Shown: piece by piece, positions 1 through 9,457 of the stretch
Numbering within the stretch: the stretch's first letter is position 1
How the letters are laid out: every line of letters begins with the position of its first letter
DNA from: a candidate division WOR-3 bacterium
GTDB taxonomy: Bacteria > Hydrothermota > Tepidihabitantia > Tepidihabitantales > Tepidihabitantaceae
Assembly (NCBI GenBank): GCA_965649165.1
Contig: CBFGJT010000003.1
Span: 30,826-94,825 of the forward strand
Reading direction: 5' to 3'
DNA length: 64,000 nucleotides
Made by a program: the position numbers and the translations under genes
The notes under the pieces: generated by a model
The model's database searches: none
Seen by the model: the letters and a program-made list of their open reading frames with translations, nothing else
Told to the model about the DNA's origin: nothing

Positions 1-1338
1 GACCCGTTCCAGCTGTGCGGGCCGCTGACCAAGAAACAGAGTATGCAGGAGTTTCAAAAAAGATGCCAGAGTCAGTACACTACCGAACATTGCTGCAATC
101 AGAAAAACCGGAAACAGCCGGTTGCCCTCGGCTCCGACAGTGAGCACGCCCTGATAAACCATCCACTTCGAGAAGAACCCGTTAAGCGGCGGCACACCGG
201 CAATCGCCAGAGCACACACCAGGAACGAAACAAAGCTCATTGGCATCTGTCTTGCCACACCCCCCAGTTTTTCCAGCTCATCGGTCTTTGCCCAATGTTC
301 GACCGACCCGCCCGCCAGAAACAGTCCGGTTTTGTAAATGGCATGATTGAGCATGTGGAAAAGCCCGCCAGCAATGCCAACCGGAATACCCGTGCCGATG
401 CCGAGCACCATATAACCCACCTGAGAAACGGCGTGGAAGGCAAGCAGTTTCATCACCCGCTTCTGAACCAGCGCCATCATTACCGCAAACAAAATCGTGC
501 CCGCACCGATTGCCATCAGGACATTGCGCAGTACCATATTACTGGCAATGTCAAACATGTAAACGGTAAGCCGGATCAGAAGGTAGATTCCCAGCAGTTT
601 ATCAAGTGCAGCGGGGATGAGCGCCAACACCGGAACCGGTGCGGTTTCGGCAGCAGTCGGAATCCAGGTATGAAGTGGCATTGACCCCGTTTTCGCCAGC
701 GCACCAATGGCAATCAGCACAAAGCCCGCAATCATTGCCGGATCATAAAGCGGCACCGGCACTCTGGGCGCCAGATCAATCCAGCCACCAGGGACAAATG
801 TCCGCACTATTAAAATTACTACTCCTAAAAGCATCGCAAAATCAGAAAGCCCGACGATCAGCAGCGCCTTGCGCGCAGTTTTATAAGTCTCTCCCCGTCC
901 GATCAGCAGGATTGTATAAAGCAGAAACAGCAGACCACCCCAGAAGAAAAACAGCGTCACCAGATCGGCCGCCAGTACGACACCGTTAGCAAAAGCCAGA
1001 ATCAACAGTGAATAGAGATAAAACCCGCGCGTGCCCTCCCGACCGCGCATATACCGGAATGAGTAGAAAAGAATCAGCGTGGTAAATATACTGACGAAGA
1101 GAAGAATGAACCCGCTCAGCTGGTCAAGCCGAAAACCGGCAGTAATGTCGCTGATTTCCATGATAGTAAATTCTATCGGTCCGCCATTCCGGGATAACAG
1201 AAACAGCCTTATCGCATAATAAAGGGAAGCAACCGTGCCGATAAAACTGAATTCATTGCGCAATCTGCCAATCAGATAACCCAGCAGTCCGGCAGCAGCG
1301 GGAACGAGAATCATCATAATAAATGGATGTGCCAGCAT
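1..1338 (-). CDS. Antiporter-like proton/ion-translocating membrane subunit (NuoL/HyfB/MrpA-D family); 3' partial, continues past window start
   Basis: Absent from the ORF track because there is no stop inside the window. Manual minus-strand translation from the ATG at 1338 (TAATG overlap with the upstream stop) gives MLAHPFIMMILVPAAAGLLGYLIG... Further on it reads ...AVSQVGYMVLGIGTG..FHMLNHAIYKTGLFLAGGSVEH..GVPPLNGFFSKW, the signature of complex I antiporter-like subunits. Plus-strand ORFs 43..684 and 639..989 are antisense shadows. Confidence 0.75.
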   Translation of the reverse strand, partial: MLAHPFIMMILVPAAAGLLGYLIGRLRNEFSFIGTVASLYYAIRLFLLSRNGGPIEFTIMEISDITAGFRLDQLSGFILLFVSIFTTLILFYSFRYMRGREGTRGFYLYSLLILAFANGVVLAADLVTLFFFWGGLLFLLYTILLIGRGETYKTARKALLIVGLSDFAMLLGVVILIVRTFVPGGWIDLAPRVPVPLYDPAMIAGFVLIAIGALAKTGSMPLHTWIPTAAETAPVPVLALIPAALDKLLGIYLLIRLTVYMFDIASNMVLRNVLMAIGAGTILFAVMMALVQKRVMKLLAFHAVSQVGYMVLGIGTGIPVGIAGGLFHMLNHAIYKTGLFLAGGSVEHWAKTDELEKLGGVARQMPMSFVSFLVCALAIAGVPPLNGFFSKWMVYQGVLTVGAEGNRLFPVFLIAAMFGSVLTLASFLKLLHTLFLGQRPAQLERV

Positions 1339-2552
1339 TATAATCCCCCCTCAAAAAATCTCACCGGCACAAACCAGAAAATACCCGCAGCGATACTTAT
1401 AACCGCCATCACAATCACCAGTCCAATTGCCATACCGGAAATTTTATCCGATCTTAGTGTATCACCAGCTCCTAGGAATATCCGAGCATAAAACCGGCTA
1501 AGATACAGCATCGTAAACAGGGCAGCCACCAGCGCCCCGACGCCATAAAGGAGGTTGATCCTGACTGCCGCCAGCACCACACCCAGTTTGGCGAAAAACC
1601 CCAAAGTAGGAGGCAAACCCATGACCGAAAGTGTCAGCACACCAGCAGCAGCAGCCAGTGCCGGGGAAACCCGTGCCCAGCCACCCAGCTGCCCCAGTTC
1701 ACCGGTCCCGGCCGCATCCTCAACCACACCCGTGGCAAAGAATAGTCCGGATTTTGCAACCGCATGCGCTAGAATGTAAAGCAGACCGCTGGTAATACCG
1801 TAATAGCCGCGAATTGAGAGCGCCAAGAGAATAAAACCTAATTGACTGACTGTAGAATAGGCAAGGGTATCGCGTACGGTTCGTGCCGTAAGTGCAACTC
1901 CTCCAGCGATTAATGCCGAACCGACTGCCAACACCGCACTGATCAGGTAAAACTGCTCGGAAACCCTGATCGTCTGGACAAACAGTTTGAGGAACAGCAC
2001 CAGTCCTAGATTTTCAGCTAGTCCGGAAAGAAGCGCACAAACTGGTGCCGGAGCAGAACGGTAGGCCCGGGGCAGCCAGATGTAAAGTGGCAGCGCTGCC
2101 GATTTGGCGACAATTCCGGTCAACAACAACAGTGCTGGAAACAGCGGCAGTTCCTGACCCCGCAGCTCTTCCAGACTCCAGCTGCCCAGTTCAAGCAGAA
2201 TCATCACCACACCCACCAGCATTACCGCCGCCGCGGCGAAATTGATATACAACGCCCAGAGCCCGGCGTCCACCGCTTCCTGATTCCGGAAATAGGAAAC
2301 CAACCTCCAGAGTGAAACGGTTGCCAGTTCCCACAGCACAAATATTACCAGCAGTTCGCGGGCAAAGACCAGCGCTATTCCGGCACCAACGAGAACTAGA
2401 AGGAACAGGTAGTATTCTACCTGTTGCCCAGCAGAACCCTTAATTCGGGTAATGGAATAGAGCAGTGCCATCAAACCGATGAAGCTGAAGACTGCGGCAA
2501 GAAATATTTCCAGGCTGCCGCCGCTAAAGCTCAACCAGTTGCTGAAATTCAT
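1338..2552 (-). CDS. Antiporter-like membrane subunit (NuoN/NuoM/HyfD-F family)
   Basis: Polytopic membrane protein from ORF 1338..2588. Start moved to the ATG at 2552 (MNFSNWL...), which forms an ATGA overlap with the hydrogenase large-subunit stop. Contains ...YSTVSQLGFILLAL...HAVAKSGLFFATG.... Confidence 0.75.
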   Translation of the reverse strand: MNFSNWLSFSGGSLEIFLAAVFSFIGLMALLYSITRIKGSAGQQVEYYLFLLVLVGAGIALVFARELLVIFVLWELATVSLWRLVSYFRNQEAVDAGLWALYINFAAAAVMLVGVVMILLELGSWSLEELRGQELPLFPALLLLTGIVAKSAALPLYIWLPRAYRSAPAPVCALLSGLAENLGLVLFLKLFVQTIRVSEQFYLISAVLAVGSALIAGGVALTARTVRDTLAYSTVSQLGFILLALSIRGYYGITSGLLYILAHAVAKSGLFFATGVVEDAAGTGELGQLGGWARVSPALAAAAGVLTLSVMGLPPTLGFFAKLGVVLAAVRINLLYGVGALVAALFTMLYLSRFYARIFLGAGDTLRSDKISGMAIGLVIVMAVISIAAGIFWFVPVRFFEGGL

Positions 2553-3739
2553 TTCAGCCGCTCCCGGATTCGCTCCGTCTTCTCCCACGACAGTCGCAGC
2601 AGGTCCTTGCCCGTATATTTCAGTCTGCCGTCCTCAAATGCCGCCATCCGCTCAGTACAGCAGTAGCACGGATCAACCGCCGCCAAAGTCAACGCCGCAT
2701 CGGCAATCGAACCACCCTTGACCGCCACCACATTGGAAGCAATATTCATATAACTAGGGGCACGGATCTTGTGCCGTATGGGCCGGTTGGTTCCATCAGA
2801 ACGAATATAATGAAAAACCTCCCCCCGCGGTGCCTCAGTTCTGCCAATCCCTTCGCCCGGAGGAATCTCGTCCATCCGCATATCAATCGGTCCCTCTGGC
2901 AGTTTATCCAAACAACCGCGAATGATTTTAATCGACTCAAAAATCTCCAGCAAACGCACCTTCGCCTTAGCAAAAACATCCCCCTCCGGCAAGACAATCA
3001 CATTCCAGGGAACCTGATCGTAGGCACAGTGCGGGTCATCCCGCCGGACATCAATATCAACACCAGATGCCCTTGCGGTTGGACCAACTACTGACCAGGC
3101 GATCGCCTGCTCCCGTGTGAGAACTCCTACACCTTCCAGCCGCGCCCGGATCACCGGATCATCCAGCACCGCCTTGGTCAGCATCATCGTCTTTTTCTCC
3201 ACTACATCCAGCGCTGCCCTGATTTCCGGCAGATGCTCCGGTTTGATATCCCAACGCACTCCTCCCGGCTTGTTAGCACCATAATGATTCCGGTTTCCGG
3301 TAACCATCTCAAACACCTGCAGGATATGTTCACGGTAACGCCACGCCCACATCCACACCGTATTGTAACCGATAAAATGGCCTGCCAACCCTACCCAAAG
3401 TAGATGGGAGTGTATCCGCTCCAATTCATGAATAATGCTACGAATGTAGTTTGCCCGCGGCGGCGGCTTGATACCCGCACAGTCCTCAATTGCCAGCACT
3501 ACCGCTAGCGGATGGGAATTGGAACAGATACCACAAATGCGTTCAACGAGAAACGGTACCTGCTCGTAGGTCAATTCCGGGGAAATAAATTCGTGCCCGC
3601 GATGGTTGTAACCCAGATTGATCTCCAGATCAACAACCGTCTCCCCTTCGACGATCAGTTTGAAGAATTCCGGCTCCTCCTGCAACGGGTGATATGGACC
3701 AATCGGAACTATCCGTCTAGCCTTTGTTTCATCGCTCAT
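2549..3739 (-). CDS. [NiFe]-hydrogenase large subunit, group 4 (HycE/NuoD-like)
   Basis: N-terminal Ni-binding motif RICGICSNSHP and C-terminal DPCYCCTER are both intact. A ~30-aa tail follows the C-terminal motif, as in HycE. Start placed at MSDETK (3739), 9 nt after GGAGGA. The longer start at 3760 would overlap the NuoC-like gene by 32 nt. Confidence 0.9.
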   Translation of the reverse strand: MSDETKARRIVPIGPYHPLQEEPEFFKLIVEGETVVDLEINLGYNHRGHEFISPELTYEQVPFLVERICGICSNSHPLAVVLAIEDCAGIKPPPRANYIRSIIHELERIHSHLLWVGLAGHFIGYNTVWMWAWRYREHILQVFEMVTGNRNHYGANKPGGVRWDIKPEHLPEIRAALDVVEKKTMMLTKAVLDDPVIRARLEGVGVLTREQAIAWSVVGPTARASGVDIDVRRDDPHCAYDQVPWNVIVLPEGDVFAKAKVRLLEIFESIKIIRGCLDKLPEGPIDMRMDEIPPGEGIGRTEAPRGEVFHYIRSDGTNRPIRHKIRAPSYMNIASNVVAVKGGSIADAALTLAAVDPCYCCTERMAAFEDGRLKYTGKDLLRLSWEKTERIRERLK

Positions 3740-4181
3740 GGGCTTCGTTCCTCCGTTCATAATCCCGTCGCAGGGGCCGACGATCAGATTCCCAGTCAGT
3801 ATCTGAGGTCAGCAGGGGAATCAGATTCGGATGACCAACGAAATCAATACCCAGCAGTTCGTGCATCTCCCGCTCAATCCACTGTGCTGCCGGAAACCAG
3901 CTACCCAGTGCATCCACCTTTGGGTCATCCTTGGGCACCAGCACCTTGAGTGTATGGATGATACCCGTGGTGTCCTCGGAAAAATGATAAAGAATCTCAA
4001 ACCCTTCCCGGGTATCGATACCAGTGCAGATAGACAGCCGCATTCCCCGTTCCTCGTGAAGAAACCGAGCTGCTTCCGTCAATTGCTCGCGCGGAATGCG
4101 AATGTAGAGCCGGCGTGGGTTCTTTTTAAACACTTCAATCTGCGGAAAGCGCTCGCGGAGAAGCTGAAGTGAACTACTCAT
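3729..4181 (-). CDS. NuoC-like (30 kDa) subunit, equivalent to the N-terminal domain of HycE
   Basis: FPAAQWIEREMHELLGIDFVGHPNL is a typical NuoC/HycE N-domain motif. ATGA overlap with the upstream gene. Confidence 0.8.
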   Translation of the reverse strand: MSSSLQLLRERFPQIEVFKKNPRRLYIRIPREQLTEAARFLHEERGMRLSICTGIDTREGFEILYHFSEDTTGIIHTLKVLVPKDDPKVDALGSWFPAAQWIEREMHELLGIDFVGHPNLIPLLTSDTDWESDRRPLRRDYERRNEAHER

Positions 4182-4594
4182 AATTTACTCAGTGCTTTGA
4201 CGATTCCTAATATCATCGCCTCGGGTTTAGGAGGACAGCCAGGAATATAGGCATGCACCGGAATATGCTTGTCGTAAGGACCAACAGCATTGTAAGAGTT
4301 CCTGAATATATGATTATTGCAGGCACAAGTCCCAATTGCAATGACCAGACAAGGCTTTGGAGTCTGCTCGTAAACCTCAAGTACCCGCGGCAGCGACTTG
4401 CGATTGATTACCCCGGTCACGAGCAGGGCATCCGCGTGCCGCGGAGAACCGACCAGCACCGCTCCAAATCGCTCAACATCATAACGGGGAGTTAGAAGCT
4501 CCAGAATCTCAATATCACAGTTATTACAGGATGCTGCCGCCACATGGTAAACCCAGGGCGATTTCTTAAGTCCCCAGAGCCTTAAATCATTCAT
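4178..4594 (-). CDS. Hydrogenase small subunit, NuoB/HycG-like ([4Fe-4S] N2-type)
   Basis: SCNNCDIEI, GTCACNN and IPGCPPKPE cysteine motifs as in HycG/NuoB. Start set at MNDLRLW (ATGA overlap with the NuoH-like stop). The 51-aa N-terminal extension of ORF 4178..4747 lies inside the upstream gene. Confidence 0.85.
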   Translation of the reverse strand: MNDLRLWGLKKSPWVYHVAAASCNNCDIEILELLTPRYDVERFGAVLVGSPRHADALLVTGVINRKSLPRVLEVYEQTPKPCLVIAIGTCACNNHIFRNSYNAVGPYDKHIPVHAYIPGCPPKPEAMILGIVKALSKL

Positions 4595-5547
4595 AATCCG
4601 ATAAATGCCAGTACCAGTCCGATTATCCCTATCGGTGTCAGAATAAACCAGAAGAACTTCAAAGCCTGATGAATGGTCAACCGCGGGTTGGTATTTTTCA
4701 TCAGGACAATCAGAACCACAATTAACAGAAATTTCAGCAAAGCCCACCAGTCGCGCACCCCGCCCCAGAGCAGTGTAATCAGAAACAGCGGTAGGAGGAC
4801 AAATGCCATCGCCCGGGTAATCCGGAACAACGCCAACGGTACGCCAGAATACTCGACAATCACACCCGACATAATCTCCTGCTCCGCCTCCGCAATGTCA
4901 AAGGGCACATAACCCAGCTTTGCCTGAATAGTGAAAAGCACTATCACCGCCGCAATTACCCCTGAAATCGAGTAAAGCAGAGGACCGAACTGTTGCTGAT
5001 AGGCGATCAAACCACCGATCCGGATTGCACTGGCAACACCCCACTGCTGTGCCACCTTTACTACCGGAATCAGAATCGCCAGCACAAACGGCAATTCATA
5101 ACCTAGATAAAGAGTCATCTCCCGGGAGGCACCAACCGCTGCCACCGGATTTCTCGATGCCGAGGCTCCAATAATAAAAGAGATCGGGACCAGCGCAAAA
5201 CAGTAAAGCAAAACGATTATATCACCAATGAATGAAGTCTGCTGATTGACAACCGTATTAAAGTTACTGTAAATAATCAGTATTGACACCAACGTCATTC
5301 CCGCAATACCGACGACCGGGGCAAACAGAAATGTTGTCCGCGCCGCCCCTTGCGGCACTATTGTCTGTTTCAAAAGGAGTTTCAGGATGTCGGCAAACGG
5401 CTGGTAGAACGGGGGACCCTTGCGCCACTGCACGCGGGCAGAAACGAACCGGTCCAACCAGGTAAGAACCAGCCCCACTACTGGTACCCCGAATACCATT
5501 ACCAGAAACCCAACAACCAGTCGCCAACCACTAAACCAGGTAGTCAT
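4591..5547 (-). CDS. NuoH/HycD-like integral membrane subunit
   Basis: Eight-helix-type hydrophobic protein with the WRKGPPFYQPFADILKLL motif typical of NuoH/HycD/HyfC. Confidence 0.85.
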   Translation of the reverse strand: MTTWFSGWRLVVGFLVMVFGVPVVGLVLTWLDRFVSARVQWRKGPPFYQPFADILKLLLKQTIVPQGAARTTFLFAPVVGIAGMTLVSILIIYSNFNTVVNQQTSFIGDIIVLLYCFALVPISFIIGASASRNPVAAVGASREMTLYLGYELPFVLAILIPVVKVAQQWGVASAIRIGGLIAYQQQFGPLLYSISGVIAAVIVLFTIQAKLGYVPFDIAEAEQEIMSGVIVEYSGVPLALFRITRAMAFVLLPLFLITLLWGGVRDWWALLKFLLIVVLIVLMKNTNPRLTIHQALKFFWFILTPIGIIGLVLAFIGL

Positions 5548-6038
5548 ACCCGCCTCCAGAACGGCATTCGGGCACTGGAACGCTTACCCACCTGCTGTTC
5601 CTTGATTTCCGCTTCAGTGACGAACTGCAGTGCACCAGTCGGACAGGATGCAGCGCAGCGTGGACCACCATCCCGATCCTGACATAGACTGCACTTCTGT
5701 GCTATCCGGCGCAGAAGCTCTTTATCCAGAACCCCGAAAGGACAGGCGAGAATACAGGAACGGCAGCCGACACAGTGAACGCTTGACTGATACACAATTC
5801 CCCGCTCCTCATCCTTTTTGATTACCTCAAATGGACAGGCGGCAGCGCAAAGCGGTTCTGCACAGTGACGGCAGGGCAGAGGAATCAAAACGGTCTCGCT
5901 GATTTCTGCATAACGGATCCGGGCTTCACCCTTGAAACGGCTCCGACAGGCTGCCTCACAAGACCGGCAACCGATGCACCAGTCAAGCCGGACAAAAAGC
6001 CGCTTGACGTTTTTGGTTTCTACTCCTGCACCCGCCAT
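5544..6038 (-). CDS. 4x[4Fe-4S] ferredoxin-type electron transfer subunit (HycB/HydN-like)
   Basis: Four Cys clusters: CIGCRSCEAAC, CRHCAEPLCAAACP, CVGCRSCILACP and CSLCQDR..CAASCP. Confidence 0.8.
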   Translation of the reverse strand: MAGAGVETKNVKRLFVRLDWCIGCRSCEAACRSRFKGEARIRYAEISETVLIPLPCRHCAEPLCAAACPFEVIKKDEERGIVYQSSVHCVGCRSCILACPFGVLDKELLRRIAQKCSLCQDRDGGPRCAASCPTGALQFVTEAEIKEQQVGKRSSARMPFWRRV

Positions 6039-7615
6039 ATTTCAACCTTTGCTGGGGGAATTGTAGCGATACCGGTTGCGCCGTCAAATTTAACAGAAAA
6101 CAGCCGCCGGTTTTTATGTGCGTCTACCCCAACCGCAGCTGCTCCTGCGGGCACTGAACCGGAAACTTTGACCTCAAACCGCTGCTCCGCAGTTTGACTC
6201 TTCACCAAAACGATGTCGCTGTCCTTTACCTCCAGCTTCCGAGCATCTGTGGGATTGAGTAAAATTTCATTCTCAGAGTCGTAAAATTCACCCAGCCCAA
6301 TTGCCAGACGTTCGCCGATGAGCTGATAACCATCAGATTCCGTTTGCTCCCGGTCGACTGCAAGCAGTTCAAGCGTCCGTTCCAAGCTGAAACGGGGAGT
6401 TTCGCCTGTTGACCCGGCACCAATTCTACCCGCGACCGCCGCACAGATTTCCGCAATCGTTCTGGAACCGCTCACCGGATTGGCAACCGGCTCCCGGGCC
6501 ACCCGGCGCCATAGAGTACCTCCCTCACTTGCCTTTTCAAACTCACTTGGCACTGGGAGTAAAAGTCCGGGCAGGGCGTAATTAAACCGGAATATGCTGG
6601 TCGCCACTCGGAATTGAACTTTGCTCAACTCGGGGAGTACCTCAGGATAACTGTAAGGATAAAGCCCGCCAAACCAGAAAATCAGGCGGATTTTCCCCTG
6701 TGCAACCTGCTGGCAGAACTGTCCGAAACGGACTTTTCCCTCAGGAACAAATGCCTCGGCAAAACCGGCAAACGGCTTATTAGTCTTAAGTGCCACCAGC
6801 TGGGCGCAGAGGCTGTGCAGCAGCGGGTTACTGACTCGGCCGAAGCCGGCAGCTGCACCTACCAGACCATTAGGTGCCGATTTCATAATCGTTGCTGCCT
6901 CCTCCAGCTGCCGCCGCTCAACACCGCACTCTCCGGCAAGCCGGTCCACATCCAGCCTCAATTTCGGATCAAGAACACCCGCAATTGCTGCCAAAGCCCG
7001 ATACTCAGTCCCCGGCTGCACCTGAACGAACAGATGGGCAAAACCTGCCTGCTTAGTCCGGATTGAATCCACTACAACAAGCCGACTGGTCTTATCAGCA
7101 TATCGTGCATTCAGGATGAAGCCAGCAGCTACTGGAGAAACCCCGAATACATCCCCGACAAGCAGAATCGCCCGGGCACCTGCTACATCATCCAGATTTG
7201 CCCTTCTGGCTCCTTCCAGTCCATAGCCCAGATACCGGTCTGGCTCAAGGTAACCGCAGATCAGATTCCCGGTGCCCAGCTGTTGGGCAAATTCGCCAAC
7301 AATACCCAGTTCTTCCTCGGTCAGACCACGGCTGTAAACCACAGCAATTTCATCGCTCCGGCAGGATTGTCGCCATTCACCAATCAGTTCAATCGCCTGC
7401 CGCCAGCTAATTTCCTTCCCATCGAGCAAAGGATAGCAAAGCCGTTTGGGATGATCAATTAGAATGCTGGCGCTGTTGCCACGCGGGCACAGCCGGCCAT
7501 AATTTGGCGCCTCACCAGTTAAATACTCAACCCGGTACTGGTAACCGTTAAAACTGACACCAAGATTACAGCCGTTTAAGCAAAAATCGCAGACCGTCTT
7601 GCGGATCGAACTCAC
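6020..7615 (-). CDS. Molybdopterin-oxidoreductase-fold protein, FdhH/NuoG-like, apparently lacking the catalytic Sec/Cys-His
   Basis: N-terminal CDFCLNGC...LCPRG is a Mo/W bis-MGD type 4Fe-4S domain. The C-terminal ILLNPTDARKLEVKDSDIVLVKS... is a molybdopterin dinucleotide-binding barrel. At 531 aa it is much shorter than the 715-aa FdhH. Confidence 0.7.
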   Translation of the reverse strand: MSSIRKTVCDFCLNGCNLGVSFNGYQYRVEYLTGEAPNYGRLCPRGNSASILIDHPKRLCYPLLDGKEISWRQAIELIGEWRQSCRSDEIAVVYSRGLTEEELGIVGEFAQQLGTGNLICGYLEPDRYLGYGLEGARRANLDDVAGARAILLVGDVFGVSPVAAGFILNARYADKTSRLVVVDSIRTKQAGFAHLFVQVQPGTEYRALAAIAGVLDPKLRLDVDRLAGECGVERRQLEEAATIMKSAPNGLVGAAAGFGRVSNPLLHSLCAQLVALKTNKPFAGFAEAFVPEGKVRFGQFCQQVAQGKIRLIFWFGGLYPYSYPEVLPELSKVQFRVATSIFRFNYALPGLLLPVPSEFEKASEGGTLWRRVAREPVANPVSGSRTIAEICAAVAGRIGAGSTGETPRFSLERTLELLAVDREQTESDGYQLIGERLAIGLGEFYDSENEILLNPTDARKLEVKDSDIVLVKSQTAEQRFEVKVSGSVPAGAAAVGVDAHKNRRLFSVKFDGATGIATIPPAKVEIWRVQE

Positions 7616-8439
7616 AGGAACGGCTCCTCAATATCTTTGATCTGCTCCCAGGTCAATACCGGGCCGTCCTTACAGGTGAAATAAGGTCCGAGCCGGCAGT
7701 GACCGCACTGTCCGAGACCGCAGGACATATTCATCTCCATCGAAAGATAAATATTTCCCCCGGGAAAACCGGCTTCCACCAGTTTCTTAGTTACAAATTT
7801 CATCATGATTGGGGGACCACATACCACTGCCACACTCTTTTTTACATCGCAAGGAATCTCGTCCATTAAGCACGTAACCACACCAACCTTGCGCTCCCAG
7901 GGTTCGGTCGCACTGTCCACCGAGAGATCAATATCTACACCCTTAATCTTCTCCCACTCCTTGAGCTGCTGTTTATACACGATGTCATTGGGCGTACGGG
8001 CACCATACCTGAGATAAATTTTGCCGTACTTATTAATTTCGTGCACCAGCGCCAGAAACAGCGCACGAAGCGGTGCCAGGCCGACACCACCGCCGACAAT
8101 ATAGATGTCCCGGCCCTCAAACTCCCTGAGCGGATAAGGCCTGCCGTATGGACCCCGAATTCCAAGCCAGTCTCCAGGCTTTTTGGTGAAGAGTGCTGAA
8201 GTTGCTCTGCCCACGCGCATAATCGTCATCTCCAATGTTTCACGCTGGAACTGCGATGACGAGGGAGTAAATGGTGCTTCGCCAAATCCGGGAATGGTCA
8301 ACTCCACAAACTGCCCGGCAAGAAAAGGAATCTCTGTTTCCGGTTTCAGGACAAAAGTCCGGATATTCGGAGTCTCCTCAATTACATTAAGTATCTGTGC
8401 CCTTACTGGCTGATACGGATTCTTGACCGCACCGCTCAT
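7612..8439 (-). CDS. FAD/NAD(P)-binding [2Fe-2S] oxidoreductase (HydG gamma / AsrB / PyrK-like)
   Basis: FNR-like fold with FVELTIPGFGEAPFTPSS, the dinucleotide loop GGGVGLAPL, and a C-terminal CGLGQCGHCRLGPYFTC cluster motif. Confidence 0.85.
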   Translation of the reverse strand: MSGAVKNPYQPVRAQILNVIEETPNIRTFVLKPETEIPFLAGQFVELTIPGFGEAPFTPSSSQFQRETLEMTIMRVGRATSALFTKKPGDWLGIRGPYGRPYPLREFEGRDIYIVGGGVGLAPLRALFLALVHEINKYGKIYLRYGARTPNDIVYKQQLKEWEKIKGVDIDLSVDSATEPWERKVGVVTCLMDEIPCDVKKSVAVVCGPPIMMKFVTKKLVEAGFPGGNIYLSMEMNMSCGLGQCGHCRLGPYFTCKDGPVLTWEQIKDIEEPFL

Positions 8440-9449
8440 AGCTGCCCCAAAATCTTACGGATATCAATCCGGCCCATGCAGGTGGTGAAACACCGGCCGC
8501 AGCCGGAACAGGCATAAAACCCGTTCTGATTCTTGAAGTGCATAAACTTGCAGTGAAACCGGTTGATGAACCGCTGGACAAACGTGGGCCGGGGATTAGC
8601 ACCTCCTCCCACCCGGGCATACATCGGGATATAACAGAAGTCCCACACTTTTATTCGCTCAAACCGCTCCGCATTCCCTTGGTCGTAGAGAAGAAAGCAG
8701 AAACAGGTCGGACAGGTAACAAGACAGCCGAAGCACTCAACGCAGTCCGTGCCGGCATCAACCCAGAATTTCCTGTCCCCGGTCCGTTCCGCAATGGCCT
8801 GTGCTAGATTCGGATTCCACTCTTTTGGGTTCTGCTGCTTTAATACCGTTAGCGCCTGCTCCCGCTGCGCCTGACGCTGGCTGAGCTGAGAACCGTTTGC
8901 CGGCACAAAATTAGCGTCGATCAGCTCCCGACCCCGCTCCGAAATTACCTCCACCAGCCAGCCGTCATCAAGTACACTCAGACTCAAATCCACTTCCTGA
9001 GTCAGAAAAGGTTGCAGACCCAGTAGGTTACAGAAACAGGAAGACTCCGGAGCTGGGCAGTCCGCACCGATAAAATAGGTATTCTCCAGCCGCCGGGCGT
9101 AGAATGGATCCGAAAACTCACCCTCAAGAAACATCTTCTTATGCACCGCAATCCCCCGCAGATCACAACCCTTGAGTCCGAAAAGCAGCACGGGGATATC
9201 CTTACCATCCGGACTCAGAGGCTCTGGCAAAGACGCCACCCATTCCCGTGGGGAAAACAGAAATGGTTTGATCGGCTCGGCTGCCCGGATCTGCCGTAAT
9301 GCCAACCGTTCCATTTGAAAATTGGTGGGAACATATTTCTGCCAGTGAACCCGCTCCTCCAGCAGCGCAGGGTAGAAAAGACTAAACCGGCTTGCCAGCC
9401 GACTCAACCATGCAACGCATCGATCGTTAGCGAGAAAATAAGTGTCCAA
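8436..9449 (-). CDS. 4Fe-4S dicluster protein (HydB beta / AsrA-like)
   Basis: CVECFGCLVTCPTCFCF and CSGCGRCFTTC motifs. The ORF track starts at 9509 (GTG), but a TTGACA-16-TATTTT promoter lies inside that extension. I therefore place the start at the TTG at 9449; the start remains uncertain. Confidence 0.7.
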   Translation of the reverse strand: MDTYFLANDRCVAWLSRLASRFSLFYPALLEERVHWQKYVPTNFQMERLALRQIRAAEPIKPFLFSPREWVASLPEPLSPDGKDIPVLLFGLKGCDLRGIAVHKKMFLEGEFSDPFYARRLENTYFIGADCPAPESSCFCNLLGLQPFLTQEVDLSLSVLDDGWLVEVISERGRELIDANFVPANGSQLSQRQAQREQALTVLKQQNPKEWNPNLAQAIAERTGDRKFWVDAGTDCVECFGCLVTCPTCFCFLLYDQGNAERFERIKVWDFCYIPMYARVGGGANPRPTFVQRFINRFHCKFMHFKNQNGFYACSGCGRCFTTCMGRIDIRKILGQL

Positions 9450-9457
9450 GAGATTAA

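Noticed and set aside
43-989. Plus-strand ORFs 43..684 (213 aa) and 639..989 (116 aa)
   Set aside because: They are antisense shadows of the partial NuoL/HyfB-like gene on the minus strand. Their translations are low-complexity, H/Q/R/N-rich and motif-free, while the minus frame gives a textbook antiporter-subunit sequence.
4595-4747. 51-aa N-terminal extension of the NuoB/HycG-like ORF (track start 4747)
   Set aside because: The extension lies entirely within the NuoH-like gene. The Met at 4594 forms an ATGA junction and gives a normal-length small subunit.
6020-7615. Possibility of a selenocysteine (in-frame TGA) formate dehydrogenase
   Set aside because: The ORF is uninterrupted, and there is no TGA or Cys-His at the position aligned to FdhH U140. 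No SECIS-like hairpin was noticed.
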